The notes: a model not told the origin generated them from the letters alone. DNA of 64,000 nucleotides from Octopus vulgaris (GCA_951406725.2 OX597818.1:70370001-70434000), one strand, 5' to 3'. Shown: positions 39,647-53,966, counted from the stretch's first letter. Made by a program: numbers and translations.

Positions 39647-41662
39647 GTTTCCGCTTCCACATGCATATTTAAATATATAATCCTCACCAACTGAATTATT
39701 TTTAGACAGCTTCCACTGAATCTGACAAACTAATTTTTTTACCCACAATCCATTTTACTTTCTCTTGTGTGTGTGTGTGTGTGTGTGTGTTGTGTGTGAT
39801 ATGATGACTATTGCTAGAAATTAATATTGCCAACAGTTAATTACCAGTGATCAGAGTTCTTAAGTTCTTGAAAGAAGACGACCATTATTTGATAAGCAAT
39901 AAAGCATTAATTTTATTTCTGAATGAAAGAACTTGTTCTTAATGCTGCAAGAAAATATTTTCTTTTTTTTTTCTCTTTTTTTCTTGCAAATCTTTTTATT
40001 GTATTATTTATTGTTTTATTCATATTCCTTTTTATTTATTTTTTTTTTTATATTATCTTTATTTTCTTCTTTTCAAAATGATCAATTAATATTGCCCTGT
40101 TCTGTTTTTATTGTGAAAATTTTTCTGAATGTGAAGAACTTGGTAGAGTAGAATTCTGTGGAATAAATTAAATTCCAATGATACTCATGGAAAAATACAA
40201 TTTAGATATTGATTTGAGAAAAGTTATAAAAGACTCTATTATATTAGGTGTTAAAAATTTTTGCAGAAAAATGTGACGAGTGCTATTTGAATTGGAGAAA
40301 ATTAATGAATATTTTTTTTTCAACCGGTTGGTTGAGTAGATTATGATGTCTGTATAGCACTAAGTTTTTGGTTATCTTGTTTTTGGTTTTGTTATTGGTA
40401 TGTAACTAATTTTTTCAAACTATAATAATGGTTGGTTATATATAATCATAAGAAGAATTATGACTGTAGAGCAAGAATATTCAACATTCTGTTAATTTTT
40501 GAATTAACATGAAGTTAGTTCAACATATCTTTAGTATTTCTGATTTCAGGTTTATTATTATTATTATTTTTTTTTTTGTTTCTCATTCACTTTCACAGAA
40601 AGAAATATTGATGTTGAGAACAATTATATCCTCAAAACAAAGCGTTTTTCCTCATAAAAGCAAACTTGGTGTTGCACCTAAGTTCTTGATTTTTCATTTA
40701 AAATTCTAATACCCTAAACTTGTCGATTACTGCAACAATTTTGTTTGTTTAGTTCTGATGATGAATAATTTGAATTCAAATGGAAGGCCAAAAATGGCTT
40801 GAAAGTCATAACACGCCGGTGGAAAATAACATCACAAGGTGAGACAAGCTGAGACTGAATTAGCCTCGCTGATTGATAGGCAATGGTCTCGTTTAGAGAA
40901 TGCGTGGGCTGAGACTACACGCCTTCATTGGTCAGTTAAAGTTGAGACAGTGTCACATGACAACTTGTTGGGGCTGCCTGCTGGAGCCTAGCAGCAGGTA
41001 TTTAAAGGGAAAAAATTTGACAAGTCAGTCAGTTGCCCACTGACACTCATTGACGCTACACCGAAGAGACCAGGGAACAGAAGAAAAAGAAGAAAGAAGA
41101 CATGCACCCAACACCAGAGCTGAAGACACCTCCGAAAGCGGGGGTCCCACCACGTCAAAATAGTAGAGGATTAGGGGCCAAAACCGGGCGTGGTTCCTCC
41201 TGATGATGTCTTGAGCTAACTGGATCCTATAAAGGAGCTGTTGTTGTAGCAAACCACAAAACACGGTTGAAATTCCTTCCTAGTCTGTTCCATAGGGGTT
41301 AGCTAACTCTGTAAATCACATTTTACCCAGAAATCAATTTAGTCTGTGAGTGGGTTTAATGGAGTTTCCACTGTTGTCAGAATTGAAACCAGTTTGAGAA
41401 TAACTTGGTTGCTTCCTATCACTAGTCACCAAAGTCCTTAAAAAATGGTAATGGTGAATACCCTTCCTTCTCTGACAAACTCAGTATCATCATCATCAGC
41501 AGCAGCAGCAGGATCCAATGGGTCACCCTAATCAGATTCAGGCTACATCCCTATATTTGAAAATGTTACCCACACAGACTGAAGAAGGGAATCTCACTTT
41601 CAGCTGGGTTTCTATGGTCGACTACCCTAATTCTAACCATTTTACAGAGTGGACTGCAGATA

Positions 41663-41865
41663 TATTCTTTTCTACTCTAGGCACAAGGCCCAAAATTTTG
41701 TGGGAGGGGACCAATTGATTAGTTCGACCCCAGTATGCAACTGGTACTTAATTTATCGACTCCAAAAGGATGAAAGGTAAAGTTGACCTCAGCGGAATTT
41801 GAACTCAAACGAAATACCGCTAAGCATTTTGCCCAGCGTGCTAACACTTCTGCCAGTTCACCACC
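41663..41865 (-). mobile_element. SINE family 2 copy (tail type B)
   Basis: Homologous to 12763-12975. Confidence 0.88.
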
Positions 41866-43186
41866 TTGGACTGGAGATATATTATCATGGCACTAGCATC
41901 AGAGAAGTGCCATGTCCTTGACAAGATTAAAGCTTTCTCTCAATCTTACATTGTACAAAATGTACTGAGTGCATTATTCCATGGCAACAGTGCTAGAGAG
42001 GTAATTATAGCCATGAGGCAACAAATTAAAGAAATCTCTTCTCTCCACTTCTTTGCTCTCTCATTGCTCTCTTTGCAGAGTGAACAGCATAAGTGACAGA
42101 GGAAGGAATGAGAGGATCATAAGAGGAATGAGTGATGGGTGCATGCCATATCCTGAAACATGGACATACATTCAAGTTAGTACATATATGCACTAGTTAA
42201 TAAATATAATAAATAACAAACTATCTAATTAAATAATTTCCATCAAGACAGTCAAGACAACCCATCATTGTCCATCTACTGTTCACACATGGCTACACTT
42301 GGCCGACCAGTTGTAATCACTAGGTTTTGAATCATTCTTCATTGTTGTGCCAACGTATCAAGAAACTAATTAATTAGGTGGTACTCATTTGTCAAATGAA
42401 TTTGTCTGATTAATTGATTAATTAAGGATTTCCTCCACAACCCTTTTTTCAGGCCTCTGAGACTAACTAAAATAATGAAAGAAGATTATTTTCAGACCAA
42501 TAATTGTAACAGAATGTAATTTGCTAAAGGCACCCAAGGATCAGGTGGTGGCTTTTAAATAGGGGATCAATTAAGGCTTCCACCGAAGATCGTGTCATTG
42601 TGTATCTAGGACTACATTAGCCAGACTCTTTTTCATGAAACAGTAGGATGAGATTTGAGGAAAAGCCAATTGTTATTTTTTGCAGATCACATAATCACAT
42701 TGCATTCTTCATACGTTGCTTTGGTACCCAGACTGCTAACTCCATCATCATCATCATCATTCGGAAATTATTAAATCTAGAAAATTAAAACAAACGTTTT
42801 AAACATATTTGAAAAACAAAATTAAAAATTATTTTTTAAATATGTTTAAAATGTTTGCATTTTTTAAAAGCTAGACATTCCAATAGATAATCCAAAGTTT
42901 GGACAGCATGTCCTTGGTTGATTTAGCTAAAAGGTATGAAATTAATTCTATAAAAAAATCCAAAATGTATTCCCATGCAAAGGTACTTAATAAAACAAAT
43001 TGTTTTTAAGCATTGATGATGGAACCAAGAATCAGCAGCAATGCCAAATACATTCCAGTCGTTAGTGTCTACAAATGGAGAGCAACACTAATTCCATTGC
43101 TTTGTTTTCATTCTTTGTTTACTGTTAAGTCAAACATGTTTTTGCAACAACACAGTCAAAGGATACACACACACACACATATATAT

Positions 43187-43745
43187 GGACTGTTGCCATA
43201 GTAATGAAACTAAAGCATGCTGAGTAAGGCCACTTGGCACAGAGTTATCTTAAATTGTGCTGTGCGTGTGCACTAAGTTTTAACGTTGTAACTCGCTTCT
43301 GTTGTTTACAGCAGTGCTTAGAAGGAAGGTGTGTAGTGATTTCCCCTGATAGCTACACAAACACCTGCACTATTTTTCCCAGTCTTGCTGCTTCTGGGTT
43401 GCCCAGAAAGTTCGTCAATATCAACATTTTTTCGGCCATCTTAGAAACGTCTGAACCACTTGTATGTGGTTCATACACTCCTCTCCATACACTTTCTGCA
43501 ACTTTGCATTAGCCTCTGAGCAGGTATCACCATGACAACTTCCTCTGTCATGGTAAATGCATCAATCGCATGCTACATATCTTCCTTCCAAATGCTGCTG
43601 TAAACAGCAGAAGTGAGCTGGAATGATAAAACTTAGTGTACATGCACAGCAGAGTTTAAGGTCAATCCTTGTTAAGCAGCTTCATTCTACATGCATTAGC
43701 TTCGTTACTATGGCAACAGTCCGGATATTTATTGATCAGACCTCG
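43187..43745 (-). mobile_element. Non-autonomous mariner derivative
   Basis: Inverted ends ggactgttgccatagtaatgaaacta / tagcttcgttactatggcaacagtcc; right outer TIR ...ttgatcagacctcg-TA. Internal minus-strand remnant YKWFRRF*DGRKNVDIDELSGQP (mariner HTH region). Confidence 0.8.
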
Positions 43746-44521
43746 TATATGCGTTGAATGAAGTTGGTACAGTTTATACTTTGAGCTAAGATGCAAAATA
43801 ATGTGTGAGGCCATAACGTATCCAATGCTGAGATTTTGGCCATTATGAGGAACTTTCTTGCTTTTCCTTCTTTTGGAAATTTTGCTTTCTTAAGTGCTGA
43901 AGAGAACTTGAAAAATAAAGGCATTAAAAGTAATTGGTTGTTTAGTAAAGAAAACAGGAATTGTTGAACCAGTGCCATATTTCAATGTGAAGAATATTTG
44001 ATGATTTATTGTTAAAGAAAGCATAAATTTCTACTGGATGAAATGATTTATAGGGTCTTGATATATCTCATTCTGAGTTCAGATCTTGTTGTTTTCCCTT
44101 GTTGACCTTCACCTCTCTGGGTGTTGGGGTGGGAAGCTGGAGTATTTAACTTTAGAATTCCTCGTAAGACACAAGCTGCATGATAAGCAGTGAGGGACTT
44201 CCTACATGTTTAGTATATACATACAAAACATTAAACAAACGATGGCAGAGAGACATGTAGAGCAAAAGAAATTAGATTGAGTTGCAAACTAAGATCATTT
44301 GTAATTGTTCTGAAAAGTAGGTTTGGTGTTAAGAAGACCCTTTTATCGCTCAGAGTTTCTTGATCAGGTCCTTTGCATGTTGACATCAAAGACAAGTGTC
44401 TTTTACGTTAGTTGCAGGTTGTTCTTTGTCTTTTGAATGGAATTTAGTGAGCAAAATGTTGTGCAGAAGATCATCATCATCATCACCATCACCATGTGTG
44501 TGTGTGTGTGTGTGCGTGCAG

Positions 44522-45416
44522 TGTCATGATGAAGCCACCACTCTCCACTTTGCTACAGGTCAAGTGTTTTCGTCTCACTGCTTCTCAAAAGTGCTTCAGA
44601 ACCGCCAAGTAAAATGTTTGGTTAACAGATTGACCAGGAGGTACAGATTCTGTGTGGAAGAAGTCCTTTCACATCTATGAAACAAATCAGCATCATCTTA
44701 ACATTGGACTTCACTTGACAGACTTGGTGGGGGGGCATGGTGACATTGAATGCTTCCATTCACTTGATTACTGCATCATTTCTTTAACGTATCCATGGCA
44801 CCAGTTTTCATCACCAGTGATGACCTTTGGGAAAAAGTTTGGATCAGCTTCCAACTGTTCTTCCAATTCATGACTGCTTCTGATTTTCTGTAAGTCTTTT
44901 CATTCGCAATTCCTCACTCCAATCTCGTTGGCAGAAGCTCCAGGACACACCAGTCATATCAACAAGTCTGTCAATTATTCGCTGACAGTCCTCCAAGATC
45001 AGTTCATGAATTTTCAGGATGATTTCATTCATTTAGGAGGTTGGGTCACCCTGAATGAGGTTGGTCTTAAAGCGACAAGTGACCATTCCTAAAGTATGAA
45101 AGCCACTCAGAAATTTATTTTGTTCATGGCAGTGTCCTTGTAAGCTGCTTGAAGCATGGCAACTGTTTCAGCTGTCGTTTTCCTCAGCAGAAGACAGAAT
45201 TTCATGGAACATGCCATTCCTTCAATTCAGCTATTGGAAAAATCGAAGAACAGGTGAGAAGCACTGCAAAGCAAAGACACACCACTTCACTTGATGACAT
45301 TGACTGGCAGACTGATGTCTGAGGGTTGCAACAGGTAGCTTCTAGCAGCAGAAGCCTGAACTACAATGGTCTTGTCCCACAGAAAATGCTTCTAGTTACT
45401 TTTGGCTACCCCTTCA
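44522..45416 (-). mobile_element. Decayed mariner transposase with one terminal repeat
   Basis: KVITGDENWCHG at ~44793-44828, N-terminal KFCLLLRKTTAETVAMLQAAY at ~45140-45205, end ttactttttggctaccccttca-TA. Confidence 0.78.
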
Positions 45417-45539
45417 TATAGTAATCGGACATGAAGACTGAGCCAAGCTGGTTCTGTGTATGTTACAGCTTATGTAACAAGTATCAGTTCACTATAAATT
45501 GGTTGCAGTCTGTGTTTCACCTGTTCCACACACACACAC

Positions 45540-45578
<39 letters not shown>

Positions 45579-45908
45579 TATCTTTTTTATATGAAAATGA
45601 TACTCTTTTACTCTTATACTTGTTTCATTCATTTGATTGTGGCCATGCTGGAGCATCACCTTTAGTCGAGTAAATCAACCCCAGGACTTATTCTTTGTAA
45701 GCCTAGTACTTATTCTACTTATTCCAATCCCTCAGAGGAGCCAATGACTCTCGCCACAACATTTATATATATATATATATATCTGTAAAATAATATGTGA
45801 CAATTATTCAATAGCCAAGATAAAACTCTGAGTTTACAGATAAATTACTCTATTTACATAATATTGAGGTCTCTTTCTTTCTTTTGTTATCTTACCGTTT
45901 TTACCCAC

Positions 45909-45983
<75 letters not shown>

Positions 45984-46276
45984 TATACATATATACACAT
46001 ATATATATATATATATAATCAAAATAAGCAACAATGTATATATAGGAACAAAGAGATGACAGCAGGAAAAAAAGCAAAGGTTATGCACTGAACTTCATAA
46101 GCTTCTATCTATTTCTGCTTTAAGATGTGGGGGATTCTGAGCTGAGTTCCTGGGTAACATCCTATAGCTTCATCAGACCCTTAAATATGAAGTTCACTTT
46201 ATTTGAGAAAATACAGGTATTAGGAGTGAGGAAGTTAATGTTGATTCCTACGGAACGATATTATATGCATTATACA

Positions 46277-46446
46277 GGTGCAGGAATGGCTGTGTGGTAA
46301 GTAGCTTCCTTACCAACCACATGGTTCCAGGTTCAGTCACACTGCATGGCACCCTGGACATGTGTCTTCTACTATAGCCTTGGGCCAACCAAAGCCTTGT
46401 GAATGGATTTAGTAGATGGAAACTGAAAAGAAGACTGTCGAATGTA

Positions 46447-46494
<48 letters not shown>

Positions 46495-46677
46495 TGTGTT
46501 TGAGTGTCTGTGTTTGTCCTCCCAACATCACTTGACAACTGATGCTGGTGTGTTTACGTCCCCCGTAACTTAGCGGTTCAGCAAAGGAGACTGATAGAAT
46601 AAGTCCTAGGCTTACAAAGAATAGGTCCTGGGGTCGATTTTGCTTGACTACAGACAGTGAAACAAGTAAAAAGAGTA
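46277..46677 (+). mobile_element. SINE family 1, near full length
   Basis: A box tggctgtgtgg, B box ggttcagtc, body, (TG)n and tail. Confidence 0.92.
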
Positions 46678-46990
46678 TATGTATATATATATATATATAA
46701 AACACTCAAAAACACATATATATTCCATTATATACATATATGTATGTATGTATGTAAATACATATACGTGTGTGTGCCTATATAAACACACACACACACA
46801 CATATACATAGTGACCTCAGTAGAGCTGGTGTCACAGAAAGCCACCCAGGATACCCTGTGAAGTATTTAGCATAAGGAAGAGCATCAACCATAGAAACCA
46901 CGTCAAAGCAAACTCTGAAGCATGATGCAGCTGTCCTCTCCATATTATCATTGACAGATAGATGTTGAAAGACAGTGATGATGTATAATA

Positions 46991-47046
<56 letters not shown>

Positions 47047-48099
47047 CGTGCGTGCGTGTGTCTGGGTGTTTCCAAACACACATATGTGCATATCTTTTAA
47101 AACTTATATCACTTTGAAAAATGATACTGTGGTTAAATTTTGAACAATGAATATATATGAATATATACCTGAAAATAATCATGATGGTGACTATTTTTGA
47201 ATATATAAGTGAGATATATCTAAAAAAAAAAATCTCACTGATATTATTGGAGATTGGTGAAGATACTAATTGAAGATAAATATAGTTTTTGTTAATTAAA
47301 TGTAAACCATTTAACTTTGCTACTGTACAATAATGGCAGAAACTGAAGCAAAACAACAACAAAAAAACTACTTCAATTAATACCATTTATTAATTTCAAT
47401 TGTTTAATTTCTACTTAATATTTTTCAAATTGATATTTGTTTTCATAAGTAATTTTAGAATTTCTTTGGCTTTTTCGTTGTCTGCTCCCTTTGTCTCCTC
47501 TCTCTTTTCTATCTCTCTCTCCCTCTCTGCCTTTCTGTTTCCATTCAAAGCAAATGGATTCAATTCACTTCATTGGATAAGGCAAGAGTTGACACTTGTC
47601 TTTCTCCTTCCATGGCAAAACCTCAGAAAAACACCTTTCTATCTCCCTGAAAAAATGGAAAAATCTTAAGATTTTGTTGGGTGGATGAGATATAGTCAAC
47701 TGTCTTGATCCTGGTACTTTACTGACACTTATTTTATTGATCAAAGAAGCAGTAAACCTGTGCCAGAGATTTGGTCCATCTCAAAAGCAAGTAGCTGTAT
47801 TGGATGATGATGATGATAAGGATGATATAGAGGGGCCCCTTTGAGTCCTTTAAGACAAACCCCTCTAGAGATAGTGTCTCAATAAAATTACTGGTGGTTG
47901 TGACACCTTATTACCACTTTCCTCTGCATGAGGGTAATGGATAAAAGAATTAATACAAACAGCAACATAGGTGAAGACAGAACTACAAGTAATGGATTTT
48001 CACCTGGCAGGTAGCCTGTGGGTAAGCAGCACAGGTCCAGTTATCATTAAATGGCTGCCAGAACGAAATGGACAACGACAATGAATACAATTGTCATGG

Positions 48100-48345
48100 A
48101 ATGTTAGTTTTTGAGTAGACATGAAGACAGAGCATGCCCTCCAAAAAAAAACTGCTCTGTTGGGGGCCGCTAGGATTTTGAGATTACTGCTTGGGCATTG
48201 AGTGTCTTCCACAATACTTGATATCCAGGTACCAAGTCTTATAACTTGCAAAATGTGACCCTGCAATACATTTGACAACAGGTTGTAATCCACTCTCACA
48301 GAAACAACCAGAACAAGACCAAGAGCTCTGAGAAGTAAAATTTAG
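48100..48345 (+). mobile_element. R4/Dong-like 3' fragment
   Basis: QKKTALLGAARILR motif at ~48142-48185, followed by a UTR and (AGT)n. Confidence 0.55.
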
Positions 48346-49230
48346 TAGTAGTAGTAGTAGTAGTAATGCTAGGATACCAAAGAAATTGAGAACCATCATG
48401 ACCTAGCCAGAGAGATGAAGAGATTGTGTTAGACAAAAGTGACAGTCATTCTTGCAGTAAATGGTGCATGCAGTACACCAACCACAGACCTTTGAGTGAT
48501 TTTTGAAACTATTAATAACATGGAATAACTATGATCTACACTTATAGATACACTTATAGTTATATAGAATAACTATGATCTACACTTGTTACATATTACA
48601 GAGCTAAGGATACACAAGACCATCATATGTATAAAGGCTCTATAATTGGTTCATGTGCTATAATGTTGAGCTCAGAAGTGAAAGGTGGAATATGGAAGAG
48701 CTGTAGGCTGTGGACTCAAAGCTAAACAGTTTATAACTTATTTATTTAGTCTCCTGCAATTATTTGTAATAACAGCCATTCCCCCTAATCTTGCATATTG
48801 TTGTAGCAACTGCAGAATATTACATTTTCTTTGTGTTCATTATATATTAGAAATAAAAGTCATTAATTATTTTCATTATTATTTTTTTCTTTTTTTGTTT
48901 CTTTAGTCATTGTCAGTATTACATTAGAAGAGTCAGCTTTGTTTTGAAGTTGTAGAGAATCTTGTGACAGTAAATCATGACAAATGCTGTCACTTGATAT
49001 ACTCAGACCACCTCCAGATTCTGGAAATAAAGCAATAAATATTTCTTGCAAAGACATAATAGATGCAGGCTGCATAGTTAAGATATCGGTTTTCCAACCA
49101 CCTGGTTTTGGGTTCATTTCCACTGTGGTTTCAATTCAAATTCATTCGAGCACAACTACATGGTTTCTATGTTGAGCATACCTCGCTAGCCCTTATTGTC
49201 TATGTATGAGTGTGTGTGTATATATATATA

Positions 49231-50693
49231 AAGATAAATTAGAGAGATACTATTGACAACCCAATAATTTATTTATATTGTGATATTACATGATGTGTGA
49301 AGAAGTGCCACTCCCAAACAGTTGAAGGTATCAGGGGGAGAGGTAGATCCAAGAAGACATGGGATGAGGTAGTCAAGCATGACCTCAGAATGTTGGGCCT
49401 CACTGAGGCATTGGCGAAGGACCAAGATCTCTGGAGATATGCTGTGACTGCAAAGACCCGGGCTGCTTCCTGCACCAGTTCCGCATAGCCCCCTGCCCAT
49501 TCAAAGTACCCTGGATCCCGGAACGTCTCACTGTACTTGAGGAGACCTGTTGAGTCAAGTACATGAACATGAACATCGAAATAAATATCAATGGAAATAG
49601 TAGTTGTGATACCTGTGCCGGTGGCACATAAAAAGCACCATCCGTACGTGGCCGTTGCCAGTGCCGCCTCGACTGGCTTCTGTGCCGGTGGCACATAAAA
49701 AGCACCATCCGAACGTGGCCATTGCCAGCGCCACCTTGGCTGGCTTCTGTGCTGGTGGCACGTTAAAAGCTCCAACCGATCGTGGCCGATGCCGGACACC
49801 CCTGGCACCTGTGCAGGTGGCACGTAAAAAGCACCCACTGCACTCGCGGAGTGGTTGGCGATAGGAAGGGTATGCAGCTGTAGAAACTCTGCCAGATCAG
49901 ACTGGAGCCTGGTGCAGCCCCTGGCTTCCCAGACCCCGGTCGAACAGTCCAACCCATGCTAGCACGGAAAACGGACGTTGGACGATGATGATGATATACA
50001 TTGAATATAATGTAACATAAAAAATTATTTAAAGAAAAGACATAAAAGGCCAACAAATTGTTTCAACTTATATACATTTTCTGATAACAGTTGCCTTATA
50101 TATAAACCACTTCAGGGTCATGGTTTAAAGGTGGACGAAATTCCATGGGAAAAAACGGCTGGATTGTAAAAATGAATTCAAATGTTTATGTATTATGAGC
50201 GTGAGAGTTAACTATTCAATCATACATCAATTACAAATTGAAAAGCAAAAATACTAACGGATGATACAACCAGGCATGTCAATTCACAACCTTCGAAATT
50301 CACTTCATTACATCTCAAACACTCACCAATTGAAACCCTTTCATGTCCAAGATAGTCCCTTGTCACCAAAATTATTATTATAGTATTGTATAATATTATT
50401 ATAGTATTGTATAGTTTATAAATTGTATTCTTATTACAACAATGTTTTTTGTTACTTCTGAAAGTATTGATAGAGTTTGGATATGCACCATATATGGTCC
50501 CACATTTTGTAAATAATAATATTTATTAGTTCATCGAGAACAGTCCTTATTACTTGTTTGGTTTGTGTTAATGATTTCTATTGATTCACTAAGTTCTCCC
50601 TTCCATAATATATGAATAACAATCATTATTTAAGTAACTTCAAATCTGGTAACCCCTAAAAAATGAGAAAGTTTGATTTCCATTCCTATAGCC

Positions 50694-50742
<49 letters not shown>

Positions 50743-51558
50743 CACACACAGAATATTTTGGTTATCACATTTACAGCCTTAAATCTATATTAATGTCTAT
50801 TACGGAATTCTCCCTATGATAAATTAAGTAAACAAGAAAAACATTTTTTATTCAGTTTCTATTCGTATTTAATATGGAATTATCCCTCCAAGAAAACAAT
50901 AAATATAGAAGATTATTATTAATTAATTTAAACAATAATTTCTTTGTATCAATTAATTTAGATAAATAGAAGAGTTGTTGTATAGAAGATGTAATTGTTT
51001 ATATATTTTTGTTGTAGTTATACATAGGGGAAGACTTAGATACTTAATTATATACATATATATATATACACACATATCTTATTGTTGTATGTTGTGGTGA
51101 CAAGGGACTATCTTGGACATGAAAGGATTTAGATTGGTATGTGTTTGAGATGTAATGAATTGAATTTCAATGGTTCTGGATTGCACATGCCTGGTTGTAT
51201 CATCCGTTAGTATTTTTGCTTTTCAATTGTAATTGATGTATGATTGAATACTTAACTCTTACGCTCATAATACATAAACATTTGAATTCATTTTTACAAT
51301 CCAGACGTTTTTTCCCATGGAATTTCGTCCACCTTTAAACCATGACCATGAAGTGGTTTATATATAAGGCAACTGTTATTGTGTATGTATATCAGAAGAT
51401 GTATATAAGTTGAAACAATTTGTTGGCCTTTTATGTCTTTTCTTTAAATAATTGTTTATGTTATATAATATTAGGTTGTATTATATTCAAAGTATAACAT
51501 GTAATATCATAACATAAATAAATTATTGGGTTGTCAATAGCATCTTTCTATTTATTTT
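49231..51558. mobile_element. Foldback-like element or inverted duplication with ~440-460-bp arms
   Basis: 49231-49292 plus 49994-50368 is the reverse complement of 51095-51558. Spacer of ~725 bp is AT-rich and non-coding. Confidence 0.85.
49293..49993 (+). mobile_element. 5'-truncated RTE LINE: ORF C-terminus, 3' UTR and (ATG)n tail
   Basis: ORF 49297-49488 VEGIRGRGRSKKTWDEVVKHDLRMLGLTEALAKDQDLWRYAV is a typical RTE C-terminus. UTR with tandem units follows; tail gacgatgatgatg. Confidence 0.93.
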
Positions 51559-53966
51559 TGTAATTGCATTATAACCATATTTATATGGTATCCAACTGAC
51601 GTATTGGTGAATTGGATGTTTAACATACCCCTTTGAAGGATCTCTTTTCCTCAGTTTGTTACTATATATATATTAAACGGCGGTGCATCAGCATGGCCGC
51701 AGCTCTGAGTTGAAACTAGAGAGAATATATATTTACATACATATGTATGTTTTTTTTTGTTAATATCACTTTCATACATGCCAATGAATGCAACTAACAG
51801 CTTTTGAGTCACTCTATATTTTCTGTCAATTATTAAAAAGAAACCTACTCATACTCATGTTTTGAGTTCTAGTTTCTTGTTTATATCACCAAATCTATGT
51901 ATGTGTATAGGTCTATGTATGAGTGCCTGACTGTGTCTCTCCTAGTCTTGACATTATGTGATAATTGTATATGAATGTCACTCATGCAAGTTGTTCCATT
52001 CAGTTTCTCAGTTTTCTCCAAAATATGTCTGGCCATGCACAGCAACTGCTTCATTATACAAACATCAAATTTATTTAAAAGAATTCTGTAACGATGCAGT
52101 TGAGTTTAATCCAAGATTTAGGCTACAAAGTAATATGAATGTTCATTGTTATAACTCAATGAGGATATCTCTACATGGTCGTTTGATATGCATGAAAAAG
52201 CAGCCAAACTTCTCTCACATCACATTTCAGCTTGAATATATGGATGAGACATAATCAATAGTGCAATCTTATACCCCACAAAGCAGAAGGAATGGTCACT
52301 ATTGGAAAGCCTTTGATCAAAGTTCTTCTAGATCAAGGCTAATCTAAGGCTAAACAACAGCAAAAACAATGGTCTTTGTTATCATCATCATCATCATCAA
52401 CATCATCATTTTCATCATCATCATCATCATCAACATCATCTTCATCATCATCATCATTTCGATATGTATGAGAATAATAACCATCATTTATAAAATTGTC
52501 TCATTATATTATAATTATTTTTTTTTCTTTTTAAATGTTTTTATAATTTTAAAGGTGTGGAGATTTGTTCATATAATTTGCTTTTATTAGAGTAAGGTGA
52601 ATTGCAGAACTATCACAGTCTGAAGGCTTTTCCATTCTTCTGCGGTAATTCAACGCCATGTCAGTGTAGCCCAGATGAATGGAAAGTCACCAGGTTGATG
52701 CCAAACAACGGAACGATGATAAACCAGCAATTCCACAGTTTGAAGAGAGAACATCACTAGATTTAATGGACAATGCCTTGATATAAACTACCAATTCTAC
52801 AGACAGACTCAAACAGAATATTACCAGGTTAATGTGAAAAATCTGGCAATGGAAGCACCAGTCTCTACAAAGTAAAGAGAAAGTCACAAGGTTACCATCA
52901 AACAACGGTGGGATAGAAAAATCTAATTCAACAGTTTGCTGATCATAAAACTGCGTGATCAGTGTGTATATAGCATGTGCGGAAGTGTTAGTGTGTATAT
53001 GTATGCATATATGTGTGTTTACAAGTGTGCATACGTGTATGTGTTTACATGTGTGCATATGTGTATATGTATGCATATATGTGTGTTTACATGTGTGCAT
53101 ATATGTACGTGCATATGTATATATATATACACACATGCATATGTATATGCATGTTTCTGTAAGTGTATGTTTGTGTGTGTATATATATGTACTTGTGTGT
53201 GTGTGTGTGTGTATGTGTGTGTGTGCATGTGTGTGTGTGCTTGCATAGATATATGTACTTGTGAGTGTGTATATACATAGGTACATGTGTGCATGTATAT
53301 GTGTGTGCATACGTGTTTGTATGCATATGCATTAGTTCTTGGATGTAAATTTTATCTCATTTATCCTACTTTGAATAAAATGGTTCATTTTTGTTTTGTT
53401 TTTTAACGAATCCTCATTTAATAATATGATTAAAACATACCAAATATTAAATTATTTCCATAATGCACAATTAATGCATTTTCCTTTTCATCTTCATAAA
53501 TACTTAAAACAGTCTCAACATTTTTTTATCTCTCATCTTCTCTCGACAGATCTCGTAGTCTCTCAACTCAAACGGGAAGTTTAACTCTGTTAGACACATA
53601 AAGACTTCTTCATTATTGTACATTTAACTGTCGTAATACTTCTGGGTTGTACTTAATCTACACTGTCACAGTCCACCTAGTCATCAGAAATAGATGGTGA
53701 TTAGATGAAAATGTTAAGTGTAATATGCCTACTTCTATCCTGCGGAAGGTCTGTTGCTCAACAGTTTCACATCACAAATCCAGAGCTGAACATCATCTCA
53801 TGAAAACCCTTCGGAGGCAGAGAAAGAGCCTGTCTATATTAATCCAAACAAGGGTTACTCTTCCTCTGGTATGGGAAACCTTTTTGTTTATAAAGCAGGG
53901 AGTGAGCCTCATAAAATATTACATATTATACATTTCACACTACTAAAAACAATAATTTAACAAACA

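Noticed and set aside
42791-42857. 20-bp inverted repeat
   Set aside because: Very AT-rich and short, with no TSD or family evidence.
49613-49840. Repeat-spacer pattern resembling a CRISPR array
   Set aside because: The spacers resemble each other, the array lies in a LINE 3' UTR repeated across a eukaryotic window, and there are no cas genes.
49269-49952. 227-aa minus-strand ORF, and the similar ORF at 28319-28858
   Set aside because: Antisense reading of the RTE UTR and SINE sequence; the repeated AFYVPPAQ comes from the tandem units.
49994-50368. Hammerhead motif in the arms of the large foldback
   Set aside because: Checked both strands by eye; no CTGANGA...GAAA arrangement with stems was found.
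52590-52960. Complex unique sequence that might be an exon; C-terminal part of ORF 52687-53310
   Set aside because: All + frames contain stops, the - ORF begins in a microsatellite, and no recognisable domain or clear splice pair was found.
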